Shown: in pieces, positions 51,326 through 64,000 of the stretch
How positions within the stretch are numbered: position 1 is the first letter of the stretch
Layout: every line of letters begins with the position of its first letter
From: Antechinus flavipes
Lineage: Eukaryota
Direction of reading: 5' to 3'
Assembly: GCF_016432865.1 (NCBI RefSeq)
Contig: NC_067400.1
Location: 532,580,001 to 532,644,000 of the forward strand
DNA length: 64,000 nucleotides
Notes under the pieces: model-generated
Seen by the model: only the letters and a program-made list of their open reading frames with translations
Told to the model about the DNA's origin: nothing
The model's database searches: none
Made by a program: the position numbers and the translations under genes

Positions 51326-53766
51326 ATTTTTTTAATTCAAAAAAAGAAGCTAATACACTATTAGGGAATGGTCAAACAAGATAAAAAACAAGGAAACAAG
51401 ATCAAAAAATTAAAACAAATTCCAAATACATACAAAGTAAATGCAGAGTGGGCAAAGTGTAATAATCACATAGATGGAAAGATGCACTTGAGCTGATCTT
51501 GCTTGGGTAATATACATCCTTGAAAGTATCACAGCTTTACTGATTTGCTCTTTCTAATGAGCTCATAGCTCTGAGGCTCTTTAGAACTCCATTCCAGCAA
51601 AAGGACAACTCTCAAAGAGGAAAGTCCCTATGATCCATTTACTAAATTAGCTTCATTATCAAGAACTAAATATTTACTGATAATTCATGGCTGACTTGAA
51701 GTTAAGTGAAAAAAAAATATAGCCTGGCAAATAGCAATACTGTTTCAGACACAATCAGCTCCTTAATCTCTACTTCTAATGGGAATGTGATAATGATCAG
51801 TGGCTCTTCTGCAGCCTTTTGCCTGAATGTTAATCTTATATTTTTAATGATAGAGGTTAAGATTTCACTCCCAGATTCTTTCAGTGAACAGAGTACCAGC
51901 ATTTAAAAGGAAAGTCACTCTGCAGAAAGTCACAATTATTTAAAAGGATGGTATATAGTGGTCATCATTTTGTTAATTACTGCTGTCTCAATCCTATAAG
52001 AAGATTAGTTGATTAGCATTCTGTAGGATATGTCAAGAACAATAAAACAAGCTAGTAACACCAGCAAAAATTATAAGAACTATTATATTAAAAAGGAGAT
52101 AGGCAATAAACCTATGGCTGCATTGCCATAGTTGCCATAAGGAATTTGCCAATGAGGAAATTCTCTCTACCTTAATTTCTCTGTAATGTAGAGTCATGAA
52201 GAGTGGCTTCCAGTACAGAGAGCTGAAATTATTATTCCAGGTACAAAGTCAGTATACTTCAGAAGCAGTATTAGAAGCCAGATTTTCCTGACTTGGAAGC
52301 CAGCTTTCTACCAATTATACCACACTGCCTTTCATTATATAAATAACTAAGTTCATGCACAGTGGTTTCTTCCTCCACAAGTTATCTTATGCATACTTAT
52401 TTGCTCACTTCAACTTCTCTACTAATAAGCATTTATTTAGTCTTTACTATGTTCTGAGCCCAAGTATACAAAAAAGTTCCTGACACTTCAAGGAGCTCAC
52501 AATCTTATGAGTGAGATAGTGTGATAATAAAAAAGTACATTGCAAATCTTAATGGTCCCATCCATCTACTGATGATAAGATGATTATAATGGACCCAAAT
52601 CTAATAGATGTTTAATAAATTCTTGTTGAACTGAATTTGAATACCAGATTACAATCATAATGCCTCGTGTATATTTTATGCTTGATCAACATTTAATAAC
52701 TTGAGAATTATCAAATAAACTATTCAAAAAAAATTGTCAAGAGCTGTAGAAATCACAGAGAAAGAAACTAGGGCTGCTCTTTTGTAGGAAGATTTGTTCT
52801 CATTCCCTTTAATTTTTATCATAGCTGTACAAAGCATCAGACTCCTTGACAAACTAAGTGCTTTAGGATTGAAAAGGGAAATAGAATAGGTCTTCTAAAA
52901 TGTAGCTTTTAGGTAGAATATTTTAAATCCTGATTCTTTCCCCCCATTATTTGTGGATTCTAATATCTGGTCCAACCTTCTCTCTCTAAATAATTTCCCA
53001 ATAAAAGAAGCAGTTTTGCATAATAGATGTTCTTATAGTCCTATAACTAAGGACTTATAAGAACTAAGATTATAGTTCCAATGTTGCTTCTGATACATAC
53101 TGATCATTTGATCCTGGACTAGTTACTTAATCACTCAGTGCCCCAGGCACTTCTCCAAGATTCTAAGTCAGGAACTTATTTTTGAATTGGTATGGAAAAT
53201 TTCTCATTGGAGTTCCATAAACTGATTAAGTCACGGATCAGGGTCTTTTTTGGCTGTTTGTTTTTATCCAAATGTAAGCAAAATCATTCAGCTGGATTTT
53301 ATTCTGCAATTCCCTAGTTTGCTCTTACTCAGCTCTGTCTCAGTATCACAACTCATGCTCTTAGCCTCTACCTAACATGCCTATTTACTTTATATGTAGT
53401 CTTCCAGCTTCAGGCTAATTTCCAGTCCCATAAAAGTGGAAGTATTCCTCAACCAAATTCTCCTCAATAAGATCTTCATCATACAGAAATTTCAAGTGGC
53501 AGCAAAAGAAAACAATCACTAAAAACATGTATAAAACATTCTGCACATTTTAAAAAGCACTATATAAATGTCAGAGAACAAAGGAAAATTGTTATAGAGA
53601 TTCCTTTAGAACAAATAGAAGAAATTATTGTTAATTTTTCTTTACATTCTAATACATTTCAAGGTCAGAATGAATCAAGTGTGTGTTGTACTAGTCAGAT
53701 TGCTATTGTATTTTATTTAGAATCAAAGACATATATTTTGGAAGGTATATTTACAATTTTGCCCAT

Positions 53767-54131
53767 CAGCGTTTCTTAAACATTTTTCACTCACAATTCC
53801 TTTTCACGTGAAAAATTTTTATATAACTCTGAGAATACAGGGCTATAAAATAAGTAAACAAATCACATATTTAGTGATAATAAGTCATAAAGAAATTTAT
53901 TTTAAAAATATTTAATATACATATAATGTTACCATTTATTAAAGATGAAAGCAAATTTGAGTATTAATGGATATATTTATTTACTGTTAGAAAAGATAAA
54001 TTTTGGCAGAATATTTGATACTGCAGAACATAGAGCATCCAGAAACCTTTTATTGTAGCCAATTTTTTCACCACCCCAACATGAAGATGTGACCCCATAT
54101 GGGGATGCAACTCACTATTTAAGAAGCTTTG
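53767..54131. mobile_element. hAT MITE, long version of the 11755 family
   Basis: TIRs cagcgtttcttaaa / tttaagaagctttg; shares ~130 bp of 5' sequence with 11755-11919; no TSD recognised. Confidence 0.65.
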
Positions 54132-54177
54132 TCTTATATAATTATTTTAGAAGAGCACAATGGTATCAATAAGATTT

Positions 54178-54345
54178 GGACCAGTAGCTCAGTGTATAGA
54201 GCAGCAGCCCTGAAGGCAGAAGGACCTGAATTTAAATCTGATCTCAGACACTTAACACTTCCTGGCTGTGTGACCCTGGGCAAGTCACTTAACCCCAATT
54301 GCCTCAGCAAAAAACAAAACAAAACAAAAAACACAACAAAAGAAA
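54178..54345 (+). mobile_element. WSINE1-like SINE with (AAAAC)-type tail
   Basis: Body match; slightly deleted head. Confidence 0.85.
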
Positions 54346-57300
54346 AGAAAAACCCTAATTAAAAGAATTGGGGGGGGTTAACCTAAAAAAGAGAAAACAT
54401 CATGGGGACACAGTAAATATCTCTAATATTTAAAGTTTGTTTATGTGAAGAAGGGAGTATTTAATTTATTCTTTTTGCTTCAAAGGACAGAAATAGGATC
54501 AATGAACAGAAGTTATAAGAAAGGAAGATTTTAGATCAATATGTAATTGGGATAAAAATTGGAATGGGAGCTGCCCAGAATAGGTTAGGTTTTCTCAGGA
54601 TCAGAGGTATATTAAAGTCAATTTGTATTTACTTCCTTTTTGTTAAATTTTCAGCATAAGCATTTAGACTTCAGAATTTATCAAATGCTACAAATAAATT
54701 GTCAATTTGGTTAAAGTTTTTCTGATCATTTAGGCTTTAAAAAAGTAGTGGAGAAATGTTAATGATGCAGATTGGACTTAAAATATATATTGTGTCAATA
54801 CACTTTTTTTTCCCCAAGAGCCAATTGTTAAACATTTAATAGCATTCAGCTGCCAATTCACTGTAACTTCCTGTAATTTAACTTTTAAATGAATAGATTC
54901 ATGATGAATAACTAAAAATCCCAAATGGAAGATTCATACTTCAGATAGTTGTTGGACTAGGTGACCTTACATATGATCCTTGAATATGAAAAAAAATAGA
55001 AAAGAAAAAAATGGTTTGTGAACTGAGGTCCATGCCTGGAATATACTTTCTCTTTCTCTTTGCATTTCCAATTGCTAAGTATTTTTGTGTTTAAGTCAAA
55101 TGTTATCTTATGAAATCATCTATGTTTTTTCCTTCATTCCCCAAGTCAAGAATAATCTTTCCCCTGAATCTTCACTTAACACTTTGCTTTTTAATGTTTT
55201 CTGCTATAGAAATATATCAGTTTGTATCTACTCCAAATCTGACTGCAAATTCCATATTGACAGAGATCCACATTTTCTCAATTGTAAATGTCCCTGAGTC
55301 AGCAACTAAAACATGTTTCTTGAAATAATATTTGGTGAACAAATGAATTTCTACTCCGAGTAAATGGGGTTAAAGTATACAAGAGAAATGCTAGATTCTC
55401 CTTAAACCAGAAGAAACTCTTGGAAAATAATTATCTTAGTGTCTGCTGCTTGAATAATATCCAGAAATTATCCCATTCCGTGCTTGGCTGGCACCCAAAT
55501 TGTGTGAGCAAATCACGTTTTGTCCTTCTTACTAAGAAAGACTCTAAGTTAGGAAATATAAAAATAACACAGAGCAAAAACCCTATCCCATCAGCTATTC
55601 ATCCCACTTGCAGTGGGTTTAAGTTTTGGTAGCTTTTGTTTATTTGTTTTTAATGGTAGCAATTTTGAGTAAACACAATTTCTCTCATCAAAGTACTTTT
55701 AATACCTCATCTTACATTATTAACCATCATCCACTCTTGATGATTCTTTATCTAGCTGTTGATCCATCTGACAATATTAATTTCAGAACCATTTGAGTCA
55801 CTATTTAAAAGAGCATTATTCAGTTTCTCTGACACCTTATATAGCACCTACCCAGATTGCTTTTATTAAAAAAACACACATGACGGATGTGTTATAAAGA
55901 CTAATACATCAATTTAAAAGGAAATTTTGGACCTCAGAAATCACTAGCACTGCATTTTTAGGTATCAAATTTGAAACTTGAAAGACTGCAAGATAAGAAA
56001 CTCTTACAGTCTACTAGTATAACTATATATAAAAAGTCCTTAGCCTGGCACTCAGAGTCTTCTATAAAATGCTTCCAAACCATATTTTCCGATTCATTCC
56101 ACTGCTCTCCTTCATGCCTTGAACAATTCATTCTATCATCAGGCACATCTTCCTAAATCCCAATCTTAGATTACCTCTACCACATATACATATATACACA
56201 TATATATATGGAGAACTTCATACAATCAATTTGATTAGTTTTTATTACAAATTTGTTTTATCTAATTTCAAATAGGCCTATCTACAGGCAATGAATAAAA
56301 GTTGAAAGGTCTAGCATTTGTGTTTCCTACTGGATTAAATTAGGTTGCCGAAAAAATTATCTTAAAATATAATTAAAAGATTATAGAACATTTTGATAAT
56401 GGAAAGGATCAAAGAACAGCAAGATAACTTGGAGTTTGTTGTTCAGTAACCCATTTGTTCTTTGATTGAGTAGTCTTCCTAAGTCTATAATAGGTCTTGT
56501 TTGCTGTCACTACTCAGTAGATGAATGGAACTCTTCATGCTCTAGGTTTAGTTGGGTTTACAATTTTGTCTATGCTCCCATTCAGTTTCTCTTTCTACAG
56601 TGAGACATCTCAGCAACATAGCAGATTATCACCAGGAGAATGGCTGAATTAATTCTGTTAATGAATACAATGGAAATTTATTATGCCATACAAAGATGAA
56701 TTTGAAGGAACTAGGGGACATAATATGAACTGAAGCAGAGTAACTAAAAAGAATCAGGAGTAAAAATAACACAATGAATACAAAAATGTTTTTTAAAATA
56801 TAGCTTTGTAATGCTGATCAATGCTGTACCCAAAGATGACTTCAGTAGATTTCCAATAAAGCATGTTTTCCATCTCCCATCAAAGAAGTAATAGACAGTA
56901 GCTATGGAATGAGGTATAAACAATTTAATATGACCAGTGTGTTCACTTGATTTGCTTAACTATGCCTCTTTGTAACATGAGGGTTTTAAATGTTGGGGCA
57001 GGAGAGGAGTGGCGCAAAATTTTCTGAAGCTGACAGTTATTTTTTAAAGCATCAGTAAAATATTTTAACGACAATGGCAAAATATTGAGAGAAACAGAAT
57101 GGTGGAAGGTCCAGACACTATTAGTTCAAGAAACTAGAGAACTAGCCTATAAAAGACTGACTGACATGATATAGCTGCATTCAAATATTTGAAAACCTTT
57201 AATAACAAAAATACTATTTGTTCTCATTTTTGTCTCTTCATCTGCAAAATAGAACTAATACTTCCTACTCTACAAATCAAATAGGATCATTATCAACCTC

Positions 57301-58865
57301 AAATGAAAAGTGGACATATTACACTAACACATGCTGATCATATTTGTATCTAATTTTGACTTCCTATTTTGCTTTCCCCCCCATTGGGTAAATGAATGTT
57401 TGATTCAATAAGCACTGATTAATCCTCTATCATATGTAATCGTGCTAGATTTTGGAGATTCAAAGATAAAATGAGTCATAAGTCCTTGTCCTTCCAGAAT
57501 TACAGAGTGAGAAAGTACTTCAAAGATCATCTAGTTCAACCCATATCTGAACAAGAATACATTTGAAACATCTCTAATAAGGTTCATTCAATGTTCCTTT
57601 GAAGACCTCCAGTGAATGAAGATTTCTTATCTCCCAAAGCACTCATTGGATCACTCTGCGGAACTCATAGAGTTTTTCATTACTTGATGGAGACAATTGG
57701 CAAATATTTACTCTTTATTTACTAAATACATAGTATAAAATTATGCTTGTTTTTGCAGGAGAGCCAAAGAATAAATAAGACACAAACAAATGGAGAAAGC
57801 AGGTCCAGGCAAAATGAAGTAAGAAATTTGAAGAAGAAATAACTTCTGGTTCCAAGAAATGGACCTAAGTCATATTTCATCCAAGTTATCTGATGCTGAA
57901 ATACACCCTAATCAACAGTTTTTATGTATGAGGGTAAAGGAAGAAGCTGGAAGAGGTAAAGTTACTTGTCCAGTGTGCTACTGAATAATTCAAAAAAGAA
58001 GAAAATGAATTCTCCCTGGGTTTAACTGCATCCCCTGAGGGAGGCTATGGTACCATATAAATAAAAACTCCCTTCACTTATTGAGAAAGCAATTGGATTT
58101 TTCACCTCTTTTCCCACTCACTTTCCAGGGGCCATTCACTGATATAAAGAAAATGCCAGGGCTTTGGAGGTGAAGATGGCCAGAAAAGCAATACAAAATA
58201 GATGAGTTTCCTTGGGCATTCTGCTGACACAAACATACAAAGAATTCTTATTCTTATTATTTATTTGAGCACCAGCAGAGTCATAGGTCACTTATTGAAC
58301 ATACAAAGCAAAAACATAGTCCCAGCCCTTTAGGCAGATAGTATACTGAAGAAACAGCAACTTGGATGATTTTTAATGGGTTGTCTTACATACTGGCATA
58401 TTGGCCAAGATACTGAGAAGTCTGTGACAGAAGTAATTGTCTGGGATATTATATAGACATACATGCATACACATTTATACATATAAGCAGACACATATAA
58501 ACATCCAATTCATAATTACACAAAACAATAAGAAATGAAGTTAAAATATAGAGTTCTTTTTGGATAGGGACTGCACCAAATTAATTATTGTATCTAACCA
58601 GGAAAATAGCAGATATTTAGTAAAGCCTTGTTGAATGAATTAATGAATTCATTAAACAAATATTTGTTAAATTCCCTATTATGAACACTGCCCACTGGTT
58701 TGAGGGCAGGTTTTATTCTTTACATTTTAATGAAGAAAGCATAGTATAACTTTCTAAATAGAAAATTGACCTCAGATCCAGAAAGATTAGAGTTCAAGTC
58801 CAGTCTCTGACACAAATTGGCTCTGTGACCATGGGAAGGTAATTTAAATTATCAAGGCTCTAAGC

Positions 58866-59197
58866 TAAAGTTCCTTAAATTGTGGGTCATGACGCCATGT
58901 GGAGTCACATAATGGAATGTGGGGTTGTGAAAAAATTGACCATAGTAAAAGGTCTTTGAACACAAAGATTAATTGAAAATAAAATGTGTAATGAATCTGA
59001 AGTGTTTCTAGCAGCGCTTGCCCATGTTGGACTGTGTGATTTCACTGTAGCCTTGGTTCTGACACACAACATACACACTTTGCACTTCACATACGCAAAT
59101 GCTACTAGACACATCTTGGCTCAGATTCAAGATAGGGTCATGTAAAAATGTCTTAGGTGAAAAGGAACCTTGAATGAAAACAGTTTAAGAAACCCTG
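58866..59197. mobile_element. hAT MITE with the same TIRs, opposite orientation, inserted in a CORE-SINE
   Basis: Ends tttaagaaaccctg; TSD ctctaagc (58858-58865) / ctccaggc (59198-59205), 6/8 identical. Confidence 0.7.
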
Positions 59198-60394
59198 CTC
59201 CAGGCAACTAAAACTCTGGATTGTAGAAAAGGTGCTAAATTTCTTTGATCAAAGGAGTTTCCTTCTCTGAGAGTTTCTTAAAATAATGAATTCACAATTA
59301 TAAATTCCTATCCTTATCCTGTTTTTTCATGATGGACTATATGCTTATGGTATAATGACTTTGGAGACTGATGTCCTAAGCTTGAATCTCATATTCAGAA
59401 CCTATGTGACCCCTGACAAGTTATTTTAGGCCTCAGTTTAATCCTCTGTAAAATGAAAGGGATGATCTTTAGGGGTCACTCCTAACTCTAAATGCAATAA
59501 AACATCACTGGAGTCTCTTTCAGACATCTCAGTTCTCTGAAGTCACTTGTGCAAGGGAGAGTCATTGCTCAATGCAACGCATGGTTTTTAAAGCCATCTA
59601 AAATTTTTCTGTGCTTCCTTCTAGGTTTTCTTTTGTTCTCTGCTATATACTTACAAGATTGTCTTGAGACTCAAATAGGATGATCTATTTCAAAGCATTT
59701 TAAAAACAGTAAAGACATACATGATGTCAGTTGTAACTGCTTCTGTAACCCTAGCTTAGTGCAGTGCTTTGCACAGAATTAAAAGGCATTTCAGGTATAT
59801 TTGCTTAAAGTATTTTTCTTTCTGTTTTGAATTAGGGTGGGAGATTAATGATAATAATCATCCCCAAAGGAGGCATTATACATTTTAAATGCATAGAAAA
59901 GAACAGGATAAAACTCAGGAAAAAAGCTAAACCCAGAATTACTGTCATGAAAGTATAAGTAGAATTTATTATGCATATATGTGTATATGATATATATTGC
60001 ACACATACTGAAAGCAGGAAATATGAAACATAAACACATAGCTTTATATACAATCCTCTCTGTTGTATTCTGCAGTGTATATATAGAAAAATACAAGGTT
60101 AGAAAACCTTGAGTTATGACTTCTGTCTCTGGTACTTACTGCTATGGATATTTCATTTAAGATCGTTGAGCCTCAGATTCTTCAGTAAAGTGGAGTTAAT
60201 AATACTTGTAGGACTTACCTTACAAGGTCATTGTGAAGCTCAAATGAGATCATGTTTTCAAAGCACTTTGCACATCTTAAAAGTCCTATGTAAAACCATT
60301 TACTGGCTCATAAATCCGTTGTGCTAAAATGTGATGGGTCAGTTTTAAAGTCTATGGGATTTCAAATCTTCTACTTTTCCAAGTTAAGGAGAAT

Positions 60395-60396
<2 letters not shown>

Positions 60397-60433
<37 letters not shown>
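60397..60433 (+). repeat. A37 homopolymer
   Basis: Direct. Confidence 0.95.
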
Positions 60434-60434
<1 letters not shown>

Positions 60435-61386
60435 ACTATCCTGGAGAGAACAGAATACTTGGCCTTAGGAACATGAGGTTAGAATTCTGGTTCTGCTATT
60501 CATTATTTTTGTGAAATTGGGGGATTCACTTAACCTCTCTGGGACTAGGTTTTCTTACCTGTAAAATTGGGAGGAGAAGAGTGTAAATAGATTATATGAT
60601 CTCTAAGATTCCTTCCACCTTTAAATACTATGACCTCACTCTGTAGCTCACAGTTCCCCATGTATCAGCACTCAGTTTTGGCATTGGGGTTAGTATAAGT
60701 ATTGTTTATTATAAATCTCCCTAAAGTTATAAAATCATAATTTCATTTTTCTTTGATTCTTCATTGTGTTAAACAAATGATCCTGGGGTCTCAAAGGTGT
60801 TAGCAGAAAAGAGAAAACTTTGGAAAGAACTACTATAAATAAGGACTTTGAGATTAGAACTATGTGAAGGAAGGTGAGGGAACCAAGTATTATCAAGTGA
60901 CTCATGTTATTCTAAGACCTTTACAGATATTACGCCATTTAATCCTCACAACAAATCTTTATGTTAGTTACTTATTATTATCTCCACTGTTTAAAAATAT
61001 AAGCAGATTTGCCTAGATTCACATAGTTAATTAATGTCTGAGGCTGGATTTGAACTCATCTACCTGACTCCAGACCCAGTGCTCTATCTGTTACTCCATC
61101 TTGCTGCTAGCAGCAGTAATTCATATGTCTATCACTTAATTGTGAACCTAGCTAAGCATAGAAAGGTTTATTATCAGAAGTGAGGCCATTTGTTGATGAT
61201 TTCGATTTGAACACAGCAATTTATAAAACCATCTTTTTGGGGGCTGGAGGTATTTCCATCTTTTTTCAATGGAGAGAGCCTCCAAACAGATGGAATCAAC
61301 TTGAAGTGGGAAGTTGAATAAGGTCCCATCTTAATGATTACAGTTTGTTTTCAGGTAATTTTATTATATTGTGTTATCATCTTTTC

Positions 61387-61399
61387 CCACTAGATGGCA
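61387..61399 (+). promoter_or_regulatory. Candidate CTCF core motif CCACTAGATGGCA
   Basis: Exact fit to CCAC(C/T)AG(A/G)(G/T)GGC(A/G); motif match only. Confidence 0.35.
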
Positions 61400-63714
61400 A
61401 CTGCTTAACTCTCTGGAATCATTGTATAACTGTAAAAATCAGTTCACTGTTAATGTAAGAAAAAGAATCCTCTTCTGTGAACTTGTGAATTGTCATATTT
61501 CTTAATCAAATACATATACAAATAATTCATTTCCATAATCACTACCATTTTAACACCTTTCCCCCCTTCTATTCCTTATATTCTATGTATTTATTCATGC
61601 TATTTTCTCTCCAATGAAATGGATTAGTCTCCTTCCAAAAATAACTATTAAAATCCTGTCTATTTTTAAAAAATCAGCTCAGGCATTAAATTCTTCCTCA
61701 AATCTTTCTTGATTCTCCTTTTCTTTCCTCCTGCAAATGAAGATGAGCTGAAATTTCTCACAGTTGTTTGCCAGATCTTTTCTTTGCACTTACTTCAATC
61801 TCCTTTGAATCATATTTTCTTTTGTATTTATACTTTTGTCCACTAAACTGTAAACTCCTTGGGGCAGGTTTTGGCTCTCTCTGTATAAGGCCTAGCATAC
61901 AATTAGTCGTACTTTTGATATTTCCTATGTACTTACACAATAGATGCCTAACAGATATTTGATGAATTTGGAAGATCTGAACTGAATCATCTCTTAAAAT
62001 TTGTGATGTATAAAGTACAATCTAAATTTGTATTTTGTAACTTCTGATGGAACAAAATCCAAAAGATTGCAATAAAAAATCCCCTTTGAGATAGAACAGT
62101 TCTTCTCCAGAACCCATATTGATTTTCTCTTCAGGTTTCATAGTACAACCATTGTATAAATTAGACATATAGAACAAAGAAATGGGATTCTGTCTTTAGT
62201 CCTAGGTTGGCCACATTCTACGTGATTCTGGACAAGTTCTTTCCCTCTCTCAGAATCTTTTCCTCTTTTATAAACTGAGGAGGGGGAATGAAGGTGTAAA
62301 GTGTATATAAGGTCTTCTTCTAGAGACCTCAAATGCTCTAATGAATCTTGATAAAAAAAAATCTTCTTTCCTTTCCTAGGATATTTCTATTTAACTTTTC
62401 TAGTTTTCACTTGAAAAGGTGTCTAACGTATTTACAGAAGTCTCATGAGGAAGCATATGGTAGTGACAGAATAGATTTCTAAATTTGCTTGAAGTGCCTT
62501 CCACATACTGCCCCCTATTTTATGGATTTGCTGCCTTGCTAGGTTCCTACAGTCTCCTGCTTCCACTTCTCTCTCTTATCAATACTCTACAATTTTAGCA
62601 TAATACTTAAAAGTGAGGAAATATTAGAGAAGGATACCATTTTAGAGATCATCTAATCCAACTCCTTCATTTTGAATCTGAGAAAGCTAAAGCCAAGAAA
62701 GGAAAGGATTGCCCTAAGTCAAACACCTCATCAGCAATAGAATCAGAAATATATCACCTGCTTTCTTTTCACTCAGTCTGGCTTCTTTCATTCACAATAA
62801 GACATTTGGGAACTTAATCATGTCTGAATCCTTCTAGGAGTTGATTTTCATTTTTAAAGTGGACCAAGTGGGAAGATGGTGAAAACCCAGGAAGAATATT
62901 GATAATAGTAGAAATCTGGGCATTATTGAAGGAAATATTTCTGGTTAGGTTCTTCTGGTGGATGTCTGATCCACTCATGAAAATAAGATCTATTTGATGT
63001 CTTAATTTCCATAATCAATGTAATCATTGAAAAAGAATTTCTATTTGTTAGTCTATAGTTAGGCAACAATATTGGACCAACTCCACAAAGCAGTTTAGCC
63101 AAAGTTTTAAAGGCAATTCTCTATCACTGCTTGCAATTAAGTTGAAAGTCAGCAAGTAGCTAATTGCTTGCAATATTAGTTAGCAATTAAAAAAGTATGA
63201 GTATCTGTTGGAAAAAGCAACTAACCTGGAGTCAAACATCCTGGGAAATCTCAGAGTTGGGAGAGACTTAAGACTAAGTGGTACCTGGACAGAAAGGTTC
63301 TACAAATCTCAGACAATTATTTAGGTGTTTGTTTTGCTCACTGGATTTTGGGAAACATTTAGAAACATATTATATTAGTGGAATAGATGAAAATATTCTT
63401 TTCTTTTGAAAATGATGAAAAATACCAAAGAGTTGGTATATCTTAGCTTAAAGGAGAACATTTTTCCCATCTACTGATGGCTATGTCTGAATCTACATAT
63501 GATAGCTCAAGCTCTCCTATTTGAAAGTCATGTGGACTTTAGCAAGTCACTTAGATTCTCTTTTTCAGTTTATTTATCTGCAAAATGTGATTAATAATTA
63601 TTCTACCAACTGTATCTACCCCCAAGAAGTTGTTTGGAGTATCTAAAGAAAGGATATCATAAAAGTGTTTTGCACAATAAAGCAGGATATAAACAGGAGG
63701 CATTAATATACTGA

Positions 63715-63960
63715 GGGCAGTGAAGTGTTTCAGTAAGTAGAGTGCCAGATCTGGAATAAGGAAGACTCCTTTTCCTGAGTTCAAATCTGGCCTCAGATAA
63801 TTGCTGTCTTTGTGACTGTGTGAAAACACTTAACCTTGTTTGACTTGGTTTCCTCATCTGTAAAATGATCTAGAGAAGGAAATGACAAACCACTCCAGTA
63901 TTTTCCATGACAATCCCAACTGGATCACCAAGAGTTGGACTTGACTATAAGATGACTTAA
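63715..63960 (+). mobile_element. Mar1-like CORE-SINE with RTE-type tail
   Basis: agaaggaaatgacaaaccactccagtatt...caagagttggacttgact. Confidence 0.8.
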
Positions 63961-64000
63961 CCACAAATTATTATAATTATGAGCAACAAAATAGGATGCA

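Noticed and set aside
57759-57818. 60-nt plus-strand exon-like segment (ttttgcag|...gaa|GTAAGA)
   Set aside because: Isolated, with no partner exons or transcript evidence; chance level in 64 kb.
1-64000. Endogenous viral ORFs, RNA genes, CRISPR-like arrays, processed pseudogenes
   Set aside because: None recognised. tRNA-like heads belong to SINEs. Short tandem duplications (4258, 11235, 22290, 27560) look like ordinary slippage. Highly decayed elements could be missed without a profile search.

Overview
AT-rich, CpG-poor marsupial genomic DNA, probably dasyurid (Tasmanian-devil-like), judged from WSINE1- and Mar1-like SINEs and marsupial-type L1 ORF2 fragments; three N gaps. The only host coding sequence I can support is a 102-nt alternative first coding exon of DLG2 (PSD-93/chapsyn-110) on the minus strand (25033-24932). 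It encodes MSPIVKNPDCFTP-MICHCKVACTNNTLSLMFGCK and ends at a phase-0 AAG|GTAGGA donor. It sits in a ~2 kb CpG-retaining, repeat-poor internal promoter. The rest looks like DLG2 intron filled with L1, L2, L3/CR1, MIR/Mar1/WSINE1 SINEs, hAT-Charlie MITEs and microsatellites. I found no evidence of a new multi-gene system. The observations most worth follow-up are: (1) a 218-bp inverted local copy of an already dead L1 segment that shares its stop codon and zinc-knuckle mutation, flanked by a 13-bp direct repeat and lacking poly(A); (2) two in-frame start codons plus three uORFs that could switch DLG2 N-terminal palmitoylation; (3) a 27-bp exact direct repeat bracketing a 1.8-kb composite L3/MIR/L1 block. 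All alignments were done by eye, so repeat boundaries without a TSD are approximate and family names are recalled from memory.
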